Positions 23,049-35,900 of a DNA stretch of 64,000 nucleotides are shown here, in pieces (position 1 is the stretch's first letter; each line of letters begins with the position of its first letter). The translations under genes and the position numbers were made by a program. The notes below the pieces were generated by a model. The model did no database searches. It was given only the letters and a program-made list of their open reading frames with translations, and was not told where the DNA came from. The stretch comes from Chrysomallon squamiferum (Eukaryota > Animalia > Mollusca): NCBI GenBank assembly GCA_012295275.1, contig CM022665.1, positions 8,618,001-8,682,000 of the forward strand, given 5' to 3'.

Positions 23049-26000
23049 ATGCAGGACAAAAACACTTCTTTAGCATCATGTTTAGCAACAAGTATTAAAG
23101 CGAAACAAAGATGGAAGATACTATCGGAGGTTATTGGACTAGTTATTATAATTATTATGTGTTTTCGACTACCAAAGAAAGCGAAAATAATACCATTATG
23201 ATAATGATTATCAATTTATAAAATTCAGTATTTCAACTATTTGATCACAACAAAGTTTTTGAAAAATGAAGTTGTGTGTGTGTGTGTGTTAAAATAGAAA
23301 ATTGATTGAACTTTTAAGGGTGACCACGTGTTAGTAAATTAATTTGTTCAGTGTCTTCTGAAGTTCACATGCACAAGGTGGCATGGTATAATTAAATGTA
23401 TTTTGTGTTTTCACAGGCTTTGAATGGAAGAAAGTCGAGAGAAACATCTGAGAATGTTGTATCTGTGAGAAGATTTCAGTGTTATGGTCTGTTCAATGTA
23501 GAAACAGTCATCAAAAGTGATAAAGATGCTCTGTGGACTGAATACACTTGTTCAGAATTTCCACAGTTCAAATTAATAGTCAGGTTGTGTTTTAATGACA
23601 ATTTGCATTAACACTGATGAGATAATTAAGTGATATTCTACCAATGGGTGCCTTTTTCTTTAAATAATGTAGGCATATAAATATTTATAAAAGACAGTAA
23701 CTGTTTATTTATGTTAATTTTCATTTATCACAAATTTCAGAAAAGAGGGAAAGGACATGATGGTATATGTGAGTTTCATTATAAAAATACAAACAGTAGA
23801 GAGAGTCATTAGCTGTGCCACTCTAAGTCTGCATACATTTGTTCCACAATACATATAAAATGTATAAATCTTTTGGTTTAATTGATTGCATCAGTTTACA
23901 CTAAATTCATTGTTAATCCATTGTACTGTTATCAAATGACAAAAGTAAATTATCCTGGCTATGATTCTTATTCCTGTATGATGTGTATCTTATATAATAA
24001 GTTATTTAGATCTGTATTATCTTTTTAGGCACCTTAGTGGCACAGTAAAACCAGAAACTCTTCAGGGATTCAATAACACTGGCAATGTGTGTAAGCATAT
24101 TATGCTTTTGTTTCATTTGTTTGTTTATTTTAATAAATTTACATTGATTAACTGAAAGATGTTGATGTATATGATACATTTGGTAAAATTGTATAAACTT
24201 ACATAAATATATATTTTTTAAATATAAAGTAATTATGTTTAGCAATGTGATTACCTTTTAATTTTTTCTTTTATGTTTTTCATATTGCAGGCATTTGGCC
24301 TTCAGAAGAGGTTATGACATACTTTTGTTTGAAAAACGCTTCCTGGTTTAGGTAAAAAAAAAATAATAAAAAAATTAACTTTATCTGGAATGGAGGCATG
24401 GTTCTCTTTCTTCTCATCCAGGTCAAATATATACCAGTAATTTCTTGACTAATCAGTTCACCTTTGAAAACCATTCCATTTCATTTTCATAAATTTGATT
24501 CCTTAATGTTAATATTATGAAAATGCATCTGTTGTTAAAACAAAATATTGATGTGTTAACGTTTAAAAATTTACACACTCAGCATTAATCTGGAAGTTTA
24601 TAACAGATTTTCTAAACTGGAAATAATACATTAGCCCTATATGACTGAGTATAAGATAAATTGTATTATTATAATCAGTCACTTGAGAAATGTCCACCAT
24701 TTTGTTATTTTGAAATATATCTTGCAGGGATAAATCTGTCTGTGAACTTGGTGGTGGAATGACATGCTTAGCTGGAATGTCTGTAGGTTTTTTTTAATAT
24801 CTGTAAATGATAATGATTAATCTTTTTTTTATTAGATAGCCATTTACCAGACATGCAGTAACTATATAAGTAATAAACATTCAAATAGACACATGCATAA
24901 AAAAAAGAAGAAGAAACCCAACAAAATTAAGCAGATTTCATTATTTTATGCAGTTTAATAATAGGAAGAAAAAGCATATATTTCATTGTATCTGTACGAG
25001 TAATAAATATTATTAACATCAAAATGGATTTTAAATTTAAGTATTTTCACATATCTAAAAATATTACTGTAGCTACTTCTATGAGATCATTTTGTTTTGT
25101 TCAAATTCACTTAGTTGTTATTCAGTCCTTGTTTATTATTTAAGGTTGCTGTTTATTCCAGTCCAGCTTGCATGGAACTCACTGATGGGAATGAAGATTC
25201 CATAAAAAGTAGAACAAAAATAAAAAAAATTCATTAATCAGGAAACCCTTTGACATTTTAGTCCTTTTTAATACTTAAAATATGATAATTATTTAACATA
25301 TAAATTTTGAACATATGTTGCAGTAAAGTGTAAATTTACAGCACAAAGTAAAATGATACTTATCATCTTTGGATTTATGTTCAAGTTCTTTTATTGCATC
25401 TTTACATGCAATTGCCCTGATTCTGGGCACACTTTTAATGTGGCTTAATTTAAATTGATGAAAAGATGTTGAGAATAAACTGTATTGCACAAATCACCTG
25501 GTTAAAATCCATAGTGTAGTAAATATTTACAGAAATATTGCTGATCTTTGAAACTGAAATGTCAAATGCATGAATAGACTGTAATACGAAGTTACACATT
25601 TCAGATGAACCATACCTCAAACCCTATATATTTTCTGAATCTCAAGATAATTGATTTTAGCATTATTATTTCACTGCTATTAAAATATCTTTTATTCTCA
25701 ATTTCAGATCTTAATTTTATGTTGAAAGAAAATCATCAGCTCTTTGATTCAACATATATAAATACTAGGTAATGTTGATTTTAAATTTATATGTATCATG
25801 AAACTAAATTTTCATTATGCTATTACTGCTGTTAAAAATGAACATATGCAGAATAAAATGTTTTTATTGAAATAAAGATCCATAAATTAAGCCCCACATT
25901 TATTACAAGATTAAAATGTTACTAAATAATCTTTCTAATGTTTAATATTTAATATTTAATATTTTCTTTATCATCTTAGCAAACCAGACTAAATAATCCA

Positions 26001-27856
26001 TGTCTTCATATTAATCAAACTTTATACTAGGTCCTTGCAGTAAAGTATTACCATAAAAATCCAAGAATGTAATAATAAAACCCCTACTTTTGACTGAATT
26101 GTTATTGATGTTTTCACTGTATTTGATAGAGTATTAATGCATTAAAGTTTCATTTTAATCAGGCGTTTTTTGGCTGAATATATTTGTAACAGAAGAATAT
26201 TTTTTATTACTTAAGTTAATTTTTAACAAACATCTTTAGACAGAATCTCTTTATAAATCTTATAATTGCATTGTTTATTATTCATTTTTTAAATGTACAG
26301 AGTGTTGAAATGGGGTCCATCTGGTGTAGATGAAGACTTGGTGAACAAGTTTGATTTTGTTTTGTGTGCAGATTGGTAAGAATATTTTTCTTTTTCTTAT
26401 TTACTTTATTTGTATCTCATTGTTTTTTATTGTTTTGTTGGAGTTTTTTTCTTCTTCCTTTTTTTGGATAATACAACAATTTATTGAAAGGTAATTGTCA
26501 TAATCAGGTAAAAATACACTTCATAAACTTCATTTATTGTAAACAAACAATGTTTGTTTTATTTTATTTTTTAAATAAAATTTATATTAACAAAATTAAG
26601 ATATATAAATTACAATTAAAATTATAATGAGCTGATATTTAAATAATTTTTATCATGTTAATTATTAGTTTCTTTCAATTTTTAATGGATAATAGCTAAA
26701 TGTTTATAATGTTAATAACTTAGTTTTATTGAGATTGAACATTTTTTGTTTCAGTTTGTTTTTTGAAGAAGGTAGACAGGATCTCTTGAACACATTACAT
26801 TTATTACTTAAACCTGGTGTAAGTATTTAAATTTTATATTTGTTAATCATTCTACTGATCTTTTATAAACACAGAACAAAGCAAAATTAATAAAAAGTTT
26901 TATACAATACATTTACCTATGAAAATTTACTTTTTCTTCCTCACTCTTTCTTTCTTTTATCTTTTTTAATGAAGTATTCTTAATTTGACATAAATCTTAT
27001 GTAAATACAGCAATTTTATGTTATGTTTTCCTTATATTCAAACAATAGTTATTGTTCTTAGATGTATCTTCTGTTATTGCAAGAAAAAAGAAAACTTGAA
27101 GCATTTCATTTCAGGGAGAAGCTGTTATATTTGCTCCTTCTAGAGGAGAGACATTTCAGAAGTTTGTTGATCTTGCAGTTTCATTATTTACTGTAACAAC
27201 CATTCAGATCTATGATGAAAAAGTGTGGTCCATGCATCAGCAGGTATATCAAATGTTATTACTTTATATTAGATTAAATTCTGCAATATAAAGAGTTATT
27301 TTTAAAAATGTGTTAGTTACAAAGTATCTGTCAAACAATATGATGGACTTTATAAATTATGTGTTGTAGGACTTTAATAGGAAAATAAAAGATTATAGCA
27401 GATCCATTTTCAAATGTCTAAAAAATCTGTTTATACTAATTGTCTATACTAAATAGGAATATATTTACCAGACGTTCTGTTAAAAAAAAAGAAAAAATGC
27501 CAGTTAAAAAAAAAGTACTCAACAAAACATTGTGTTCCTTTGTTTCCTATGGTTTTAAAATTAAGATGTTCAGATCTTTGAAAAAAAAACGTACATAAAG
27601 TAATTACGGGCAAAATGTAAAATTTAATTTGTTTATGTTACATGGGTAACTGCAGGACCTGTACTAGTAATTAAAGACATATTTAAACATACATTTTTCT
27701 TTTATCTTTAATTTTATACTGTAATTACTAAATATCCACATTTATTTATCTGAGTTTTGTTTTCAGATGAAATCTAAAGGACCTGATCATTATGATGAAA
27801 ATATTCATTTTCCACAATATCTGAACCTCAAGAAATGTTTTGAACCAGCACTTTGA
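23049..27856 (+). CDS. CAMKMT: Calmodulin-lysine N-methyltransferase (302 aa). Exons 23049-23129, 23417-23583, 24029-24090, 24291-24351, 24728-24782, 25145-25208, 25708-25768, 26301-26375, 26755-26818, 27115-27243, 27767-27856
   Basis: AKQRWKIL, VSVRRFQCYGLF, GFNNTGNVCIWPSEEVM, VCELGGGMTCLAG (SAM motif I), LTDGNE, FDFVLCADCLFF, FAPSRGETF, YDENIHFP. Eleven exons give 909 nt in frame. Confidence 0.95.
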
Positions 27857-29408
27857 TTTTACAAAATAAACACTCTCCATGACTCTTTCATTTACATATT
27901 TTTTATATAATTTTATTTATTTCTGAGATTAATAAATAACATATATTAAAATGTCCTGAATTTTATTTTTCTATTATTTTATTCTCATGTTTTTTGTTGT
28001 TTTTTTCCAATGTTAAAGTTCTTAAATTACTGTAACATATAGTAAAATAATACAGTGATTGAATAAATGTTTTATGACACCTCTGCATGTACAACTTATC
28101 AACTAATGGATGTCAAACCAAAAGTAAATATAAAGTACTATAAGGACAAAAATTCCAGATTCGTGTGTATGGGAAAATAGGACATCTATATTTAAAACTT
28201 GCATCAGTTGTGCAATATTTCCAAACAAAAAAGCATAACATGCCAGAATGTTTTGGTTCATCTACAAAGAAAATCATGGGAGTTTTTAGGATCAAGAATA
28301 ATTAAAACATTTATTCAGCCATTACTGGTTTTTATTTTAGTGTGTGAAGTTATTAGGCTGAAGTGTGAAAGTTTTAAGGTGTACATTCTTGTTATAGCAC
28401 AAACAATTTTGGCTAATCTCAATGTATTACAGTGATATAAGTTCTTGAAGATGTAAATAGAAATGTTGAATATTAACCCTTCAGGGCTGGTATTAAGTCT
28501 GACAGACCTAAGCACATTTGATCTTTAAATTTATTATTGAAAGAAGTGTGTGTTGGAGTTGTACTTTCCTATACCTTTCCAAAAAGGATTCTGTTTGCTC
28601 TATATTGAAGTATATGTAGACCACAGGGCTGTGGGTAACAGACCCAACACAAGCACTGATGAAATGCACTTTGGTTTGTACCATTCCAAAAAAGAAAAAA
28701 ATAGAATGTTTTGCTACTTTCTATTTTACATAATGATGGCAAGATTGAAGAAAGCACAGGAGATCAACTTAAACCTGAAATCATAACATTTTATAATTTA
28801 ACTAAAGGTGGAGTTCATGTCAAGGGAAAGAGAGAAAGACTCAATATTTTTGCCAGTAATGTTTAACATACATGCCAAACTCTTGGGTAATGAACTCTAT
28901 TATGCCATAGATTTGTTTGTTTGTTGTTGTTTTTTGTTTAATGTATGCTGTGTATGAGACCCATTATAATTAGTCCTGTGTGAAAAAGTGCGAGCCTCGA
29001 GTGATTAACCAAAATGCGTTACAATAAATTATTGCAAAACCTCAGTCTTTCTAGAGATTTTGTACACTTTTTTTTCCTCTTTTATTTAATTATATATAAG
29101 CAAAATTATTCACTGAAAAACAGAATAAACATATAAAAACCAGACTTTTTAAAACATTTTATAATATTATTTTTATTTTTCTATATGATACTACAATTTT
29201 TAAAGTGATTATAAAGGAAAACGATCTATTTTAAAGGCTGAATGATGTTAATTTTTTCATTATTCAAAAATGAGTTAATCAACAATCATACTATTTCAAA
29301 ATATTGCAACTTCATTGTTGATGATAACTTCTGATTCAGAAACATAAACTGCTACACCATAATATAGTGAATGAAGTTACATTTGAAGAAAATTTATATG
29401 TATATACA

Positions 29409-30914
29409 TTAAACGTCCTTAGGCTGGACTACAAGTGTTTGAAAACTCTGACTTTTTTCTTTAGTTAACCCAGGTGGAATCATTTGAAAACATGAGCTGC
29501 TAAGTGGTGTTTGTACTGTGCCAGGTTTTTCGTCTGTGAAAGATCTGATTTTACGTTCAGTTGATACGTTACTCACAAAGGTATCGTCTTTCCCTTCAAT
29601 TGTTAAATCGTTGATCGATAATTCACTTTGATATTTGCTGCTTTCGGTTTTGGTCACGAAGTCGGAAGATACTTCGCCAAACCGAGTTTGAACATTCTCG
29701 GCTGCATTTGGACTGGTGTGATCCGATTCGGATGGAAGTTCTTGTGAATGCAAGATAACAGACATCTTATGCATAAGAGCATTGGCGTCGCATTCTGATT
29801 TGGGCCCATCGGTCCCCATGCAATATGTTTGAAGAGTTTTCAGCAACAATTCATCATATATTGGCGTCAAGACATCTATTTTAGGCAAAGACATAGGTTT
29901 CATTGATCTTACAGCTCTAGACCGTGGCGTTATTTCTGTGAGAGATCGGGTCATGGTGGAACTTTCGGATGTTAACAAATACTGAGTCTGAATATTACTG
30001 GCAAAACTGGATTTCTTGTGTCGCTGGATCTCTCGACCAATTTCACCGTCCCCTTCGGATCTTATGAGATCTATTCTGGCTCCAGTAATTTCTGGGAGAC
30101 CTTCAGCAAAATGAACTTTTTTCAAAGTGGAAACGGAACCTTCTGGAGATGGTATTACATTTGGTCCTTCTGTACCTTTTTTCGTCGGATCCAAATTAGG
30201 GATGACTGGCAACTCAAGTATTTGTGATGAACGGTTATTTTCTTCTGTTGACGCAAAATTATCTGGTTCTTCGCTTGTTGCCTCTTGAAAACTGTATTTG
30301 TATTTATCGTTTAAATCATCAGTATAGTTCAAAACGGAAATGTCAGACTTATAAAAAGATTTTTCGGATACAGAAACTGGTGTTGTGTGAAGCCTCGAAC
30401 TGTATGGTTTTATTTCTTTCTGTGGGATAGTCTTTGATTTTATAGGCTCAAGTCTAAGTCCCATGTCAGCTCCTAAATCTCTGATTCGTTTCTTTTCCTC
30501 GGAGCGTATTCGATTATAATTAATTTGTTTAGAATAGAATGTCTTCTTCGCACGTTCTGTGTAAGACTGTTGATGAATTCTTTGACTGCGGTCTTTAATT
30601 TCTTTGGCGAGAAATGGCATTTTATCTGAAGCGACAACAAAATATATTACCGGCAGATCTTTAGTGATATCAATGTAGTTTCTGTCTGTTTTAAAGGAAA
30701 TTGCATCAAATGCAGAATCTGTCGTATCCAGACGTGCACGTGCCGTTTCTATCTTTTTTCTCATTACATCATCCTCATCTTTATATTTTCTTCTCGTCTT
30801 TCCCATTCGCGTTTTGGGAAGACTGATGCGTTGGAAAAAAGTTTTAGTTCTATTCAGCAAATCTTGTGAAGTGTTTTTACTGCCGACTTTCTCACAATCC
30901 ACATCGGATGTCAT
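29409..30914 (-). CDS. Uncharacterised 501-aa protein, single coding exon
   Basis: A 1506-nt ORF in very AT-rich DNA with CAAAATG start context. It is preceded on the minus strand by an acceptor (tttcttttag, exon starting 30925) and a GTAAGT donor at 31216-31211, implying a spliced 5'UTR. No domain recognised and no transposase or RT motifs. Confidence 0.8.
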   Translation of the reverse strand: MTSDVDCEKVGSKNTSQDLLNRTKTFFQRISLPKTRMGKTRRKYKDEDDVMRKKIETARARLDTTDSAFDAISFKTDRNYIDITKDLPVIYFVVASDKMPFLAKEIKDRSQRIHQQSYTERAKKTFYSKQINYNRIRSEEKKRIRDLGADMGLRLEPIKSKTIPQKEIKPYSSRLHTTPVSVSEKSFYKSDISVLNYTDDLNDKYKYSFQEATSEEPDNFASTEENNRSSQILELPVIPNLDPTKKGTEGPNVIPSPEGSVSTLKKVHFAEGLPEITGARIDLIRSEGDGEIGREIQRHKKSSFASNIQTQYLLTSESSTMTRSLTEITPRSRAVRSMKPMSLPKIDVLTPIYDELLLKTLQTYCMGTDGPKSECDANALMHKMSVILHSQELPSESDHTSPNAAENVQTRFGEVSSDFVTKTESSKYQSELSINDLTIEGKDDTFVSNVSTERKIRSFTDEKPGTVQTPLSSSCFQMIPPGLTKEKSQSFQTLVVQPKDV

Positions 30915-31879
30915 TTTGTTCTAGACTAAAAGAAACAATTATTAATTCTACTGAATCTTATACAGTGCAACTATATCCAAATAACAAATTTTAAAATCTA
31001 TCTTTTTATCAAGCAAAGAAAGGAACTGTACTCATGACTTGTTTCTACTGTTACTGTTTGTTTACTTTATTTACTATATCAGTCGAAAACACGTGCACAT
31101 ACACATATACACAAACACACACATGTAAATGTCTGTCTTCTCCTGTGATATTCATCCTTGAATTTACTTTTATAAACTAAGAATTAACATTTTACTTTAT
31201 TAAAACAAAAACTTACCTTGATTCGTTTGCTTTAATGTTTCTCACACTTTTTAAAGAAGTTCAGAGAGCTGCATTTCATCAGTTCAACTACATATACCAA
31301 TAACCAATAACTATTTTTCTCTTCTTTTTTAATTTTGTTCAGTCACTAAATCTAGACCTGCATTGCTAAGGGAAATAAGAAAATCCTTTGCGCCATCGAC
31401 CTTTTCAGTCTGGATTATGCGAGTGGTGAGCTGTCTAGCTGTTATATTTCACTTGTTATGATACATAATGTGCGCAAATCATTATAGGTGAACAAGCCTT
31501 CAGTAATGGTTGGTTGCTAGCTTAAATATGTTAACTAGTACAGGTACAATTCTGAGCCTGGCAAAAGGCCGAAAGTTTCAATCGGATTAATTTAAGAACG
31601 ATTAACGTTCATATGTTAAAGTCTTATGTAAAATTCCCAGCATTAAGTGCATAAATCAAATCCTAGAGAACATTGGTTAAAGTCATGGGTTTAGGAGCGT
31701 GAGAGAGAGATGTGTGTATGTATGTACGATAATATGTATGTATGTGTGTATGTGTTTGTATCTATACAATACATATACACTTTATATACATGCATCTGTC
31801 TCTGTGTATAGCTACCCGTAAACATAATGTTATAAGTACTGTAGTTCGTATTTCAGAAATGGTCCCATAATAGCATATA

Positions 31880-31882
<3 letters not shown>

Positions 31883-31927
<45 letters not shown>

Positions 31928-32277
31928 TTGTGCGTGCGTGTGTTATATGCATCAAAACAAAAATCAAATGAATATTTCAGTCTCAATAAAAACAATTTAG
32001 ATGATAACATTTATTAAAAATGAAATCACGCTTGCGGCTAATATTATTTTCTTTCGTTCGACTAACACCTACCCACTGACAGGAAATACATACCATATCC
32101 TTTGATATATCAGTCACTGAGCAGTGTCTATGACGGAAAGTAGTCCAGTGGGCTGTCTATGCATGCTGTCACATTTTAGCCTGCAAGCTAATCCTTGGCC
32201 TTCAGCCATCAAACCAGACGAACAGTTATTCATTATATCGTTTCTGCTTTTACAATTTAAAATAAGATTGCTGGGAA

Positions 32278-32330
<53 letters not shown>

Positions 32331-32418
32331 ATAATAATAATAATAATAATAATAATTACTACTAAGTTACCCACCGATCAATTAATGTATTTTTATTTTA
32401 TTTTTTATTTTATTTATT

Positions 32419-32483
<65 letters not shown>
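31883..32483. repeat. Microsatellite cluster: (TG)n 31883-31923, (CTA)n/(ATA)n ~32277-32356, (TTA)n ~32426-32483
   Basis: Directly visible simple repeats, which produce the spurious poly-L/I/Y/S ORFs. Confidence 0.95.
32060..32160 (-). mobile_element. Degenerate SINE remnant (MetaSINE-like central domain)
   Basis: The reverse complement contains gactgatatatcaaaggatatggtatgtatttcctgtcagtggg, resembling the recalled Meta core (caaaggccgtggtatgtgctatcctgtctgtggg) and the copy at 46070-46280. Confidence 0.45.
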
Positions 32484-32669
32484 CAGTTAATAAATAATTA
32501 AATAATAAAAAGTATTCGAATGTATTCTTTTTATTAATACATAAAAATATAATATTTTTCCTTTGTTTCCTCGTTTTGTGACCCCAGTGTCACAACTTGA
32601 AGCTAAAATAATTTATTATAAAGTTATTGTGTGCACGCGCATCTGCTTTCTAATTGTAAACTCTGTAGT

Positions 32670-32840
32670 TTTGCCCTTACCGGAAATAGAAACGGCTGTG
32701 CCATGATAATTATTTCAAACGCTAAGTGTACAGAACAAGACCAATCAAAAGGTTTGTAAGAAATAGTCGATAGTAAACACTTTCAGGATGGTCAATTTAT
32801 TAACCAATCAGAACGTTCGTGCGTATGTTTGAAGCCCATT
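32670..32840 (+). promoter_or_regulatory. ARHGAP11 proximal promoter with cell-cycle (CHR/CCAAT) architecture
   Basis: CCGGAAAT 32680, AACGG 32691, TTTCAAA 32713 (reverse CHR), CCAATC 32741 and 32804, GTAAACA 32773, and CGTGCG-n4-TTTGAA 32818-32833. Confidence 0.6.
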
Positions 32841-32913
32841 ATCTAAAACTGAAAGATGGATGCTGTACTTTGTTTTATATGTTTTTAGTTATAAATATTT
32901 AGTTATATTTACA

Positions 32914-35900
32914 ATGATAATAATGGAAAAAACGCGTCACATAAGTGCAGTAGATAAAATAGAAAATCTGAGAACTTTTGTAAAACAGGATTTACGGGAT
33001 ATGGGAATTAAACTGCCGAAAAGTAAAAAAGCTAAGAAGTTGAATAACTCTCGAGCCTTTTCTCAGGTAAGTGTTGAAAAAATTGCTGACTTATTTATGT
33101 TTCCCTGTGGAACAAAGGCAGCTGATCTTTTATTTTGAAAACATAATTTTGGATTGGATAGTTATTGACAGAATACGTTTCTATTTACAGTACTGTATAT
33201 TATTTCAAGAAGAAGAAGTAAAAAAAAAAAAAAATATGTATATATAATTTATTATATTTATTTATTTTTTTATTATTATTATTATTATTATTTTTTTTTT
33301 TTTAAATTCTTGTGATAGGTCGTTCGTGATTTTTTTTTTTAATTAATGGTTAATGTTTAAATATAAAATTAGAATTTATTATATTGTTTTATGCAATTTT
33401 GTAACATCAGCAAAAATAAAAGTGAAATCTTTAATTAATAATTTGTTACCTAATTGTGAATAATTTTTTTTTTGTTGTTTTTAGGATGGATTGCTGGCCG
33501 CTAGTGGTATATTTGGAAATTTCCTCGCTCATGTTCCTTGTGAATATATATCAGGCTGTGGATATGTACCAAAGTAGGCCTAATATTGTTTTAAAACTGA
33601 ATATAGTAGATATCCCTAATCAGGATTCATACATTTTTAATATCCTAAATAAAACAAGAGTTAGATGATTTTTTTCAGTTTTAACTATGAACTATACTTT
33701 TTTAATATGAAATAAAGTGCTAAATTATAAAAATAGTAGTTTGGATTCATCAGAAACTAACATGCATTATGACACTTGTAAAATAAAACAGTTTTGATTA
33801 CATACTTTTAGTAACATATAAAATAATAGAAATTAATATTAATGCATACTGTTAGTAGTGTTACAGTTACTGTGAATTAGACCTACTGAACATTGTGCCA
33901 GCACCACTACAGGAGTGAAGCAATTTTGCTCTAGTGATGTCACCATAGCGAAATAGCAGTAAAGAATTACATAAAAGACAACTATTAAGAGATATTCTTA
34001 AAGAAATGTACTCAGAATAAAATGTGTACAAACAAATTATATACAGCAGAATTAGAATGCAAATAATATCTGCCTATCTGGGGGCAACCGTTTATATACA
34101 AATATGATTCTAGCAACAACAGAAAAAAAAGAGAGAGATTAATAATTGCATCGTTTATTGCTTTTGATCAGAAATTAGATTATCCATAATGGTATACATT
34201 TAGTTTGACTTCTTTTTATATTACTGCAGTTACAGATACCATAATACCATGTGGATTAAAAGATTTTCACTTGATATATACGTGTCAGAAAAATTAATTA
34301 ATACTGATTGTGGTAATTAAAACCCCCCAAATATTTAATGTTATAATAAATTTAAAGCACAACATAGCTGACTGTTAATGATAGATAATCAGACAACAGT
34401 GACTCCATGCTTTCTGTCTTTCTTTCATCTTTTAAAAAAAAAAATTAAAACTGTTCCATTTGAGACCACATATGACATTCAAATACCAAGTGTAGATTAA
34501 TCTTTAGGTTCTAAAATACACATACACCTTACTATATGTTCATATAAAGAAATGGTAAGGACCCACATATTGTATATATGTATAAATGCATTTCTTTGAG
34601 TTAACAGTATAGGTAATTGTAAATATAATAGTATGTGTCTGAGAATGTCTGTGTTTCCTTTATTGAAAATAAAGCAATATACACATGTAAATGATGACTG
34701 CCTCTAATAACCTGGCTCATCCTAAACTGTCAGAATGAATCATGTGCACCCAGAAGTTTTTCTTTCTCTCTCTTTGTTTTATTTGTATTTGTTCTTACTA
34801 AATTCAAGTCAAAACAGAGAAGAAAAACATTCGACTTACAGATTATTAGATGTATAAACAATATCCCATGAATGATAATAAACTTACATTAATGTATTTT
34901 AGTAGTAAATACTTTGATACATTGGTCCTTTCTAGTTGCACTAGATAGTATAAAATGTATTGCATTTTGACAGCTATTTTGCCAATGGGATCAGCCTGTT
35001 CCCCAATACAGTATTAAATTCTGAAATTTAAAAAAAAAATCAGTATTTGACTGGATCGTGACATGGCGGGTTTTTTTTTTTTTTTGTTTTTTTTATTAAA
35101 TTTTTTTCAAACTGTATGATTTATCAATTGTTTAATGAATAACTACTGAGCTTCTCTGAAATCAATATTCAGTTCACCATTGAAATTCATTATGTATATA
35201 CTAACGCATGATGTAACCATTCAATTTTTTACATTATATATTTAATGTGAAAATGGCTACATCATATACCATTTATGATTTTCTTATGTGAAAGAAGTTC
35301 TCAACTTATTTACTGATTAACTTGTAGCTATGCATTTTTTTTTTAGATTTCTTGTTGATGCAGCAGAACACATTAAAAAGAATGTTGATGTGGAAGGCAT
35401 CTTTCGAAAATCAGGAGCGCTTAGTCGTCAGAAGGAACTGAAGGTATAAACTCAAAAACAAAAAACTACATTTAATAATTGCAATTCTAGTTTCTTTAAG
35501 GGGTATCTCTTTCACGGATATTTTCAAGATAATGTAAGATAATATTTATGACAGTATGAAACTTAGTTTATAAAAAAAGAAAAATTAAGTAAAGAGTAAT
35601 GTAACATATAATCTTTTATTAATTGTTACATGGTAAAGAAGTTTGTATTATTTGCAAAACTGAAAGTACATAGATCTTCTGTCAGCATTAACTTGATTTA
35701 TGATTTCAAAAATGTTATAAATTGTTTTACTTTGAATTTGAAGCTAAACAATTAAATTGTGGTATCATAATATTTTTCAGCAACAAATTGAAGATGGTAA
35801 TGATCCTGATATTTCCAACATAAATGATCTGACTGGATTGATCAAGCAGTTTTTCCGTGAACTGCCAGAGCCACTTTTCACCAGTCTCTATCATGATTCA

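Noticed and set aside
32095-32104. Perfect U12-type donor word ATATCCTTT
   Set aside because: It is intergenic, lies inside a reverse-oriented SINE-like remnant, and has no upstream exon or matching branch site/AC.
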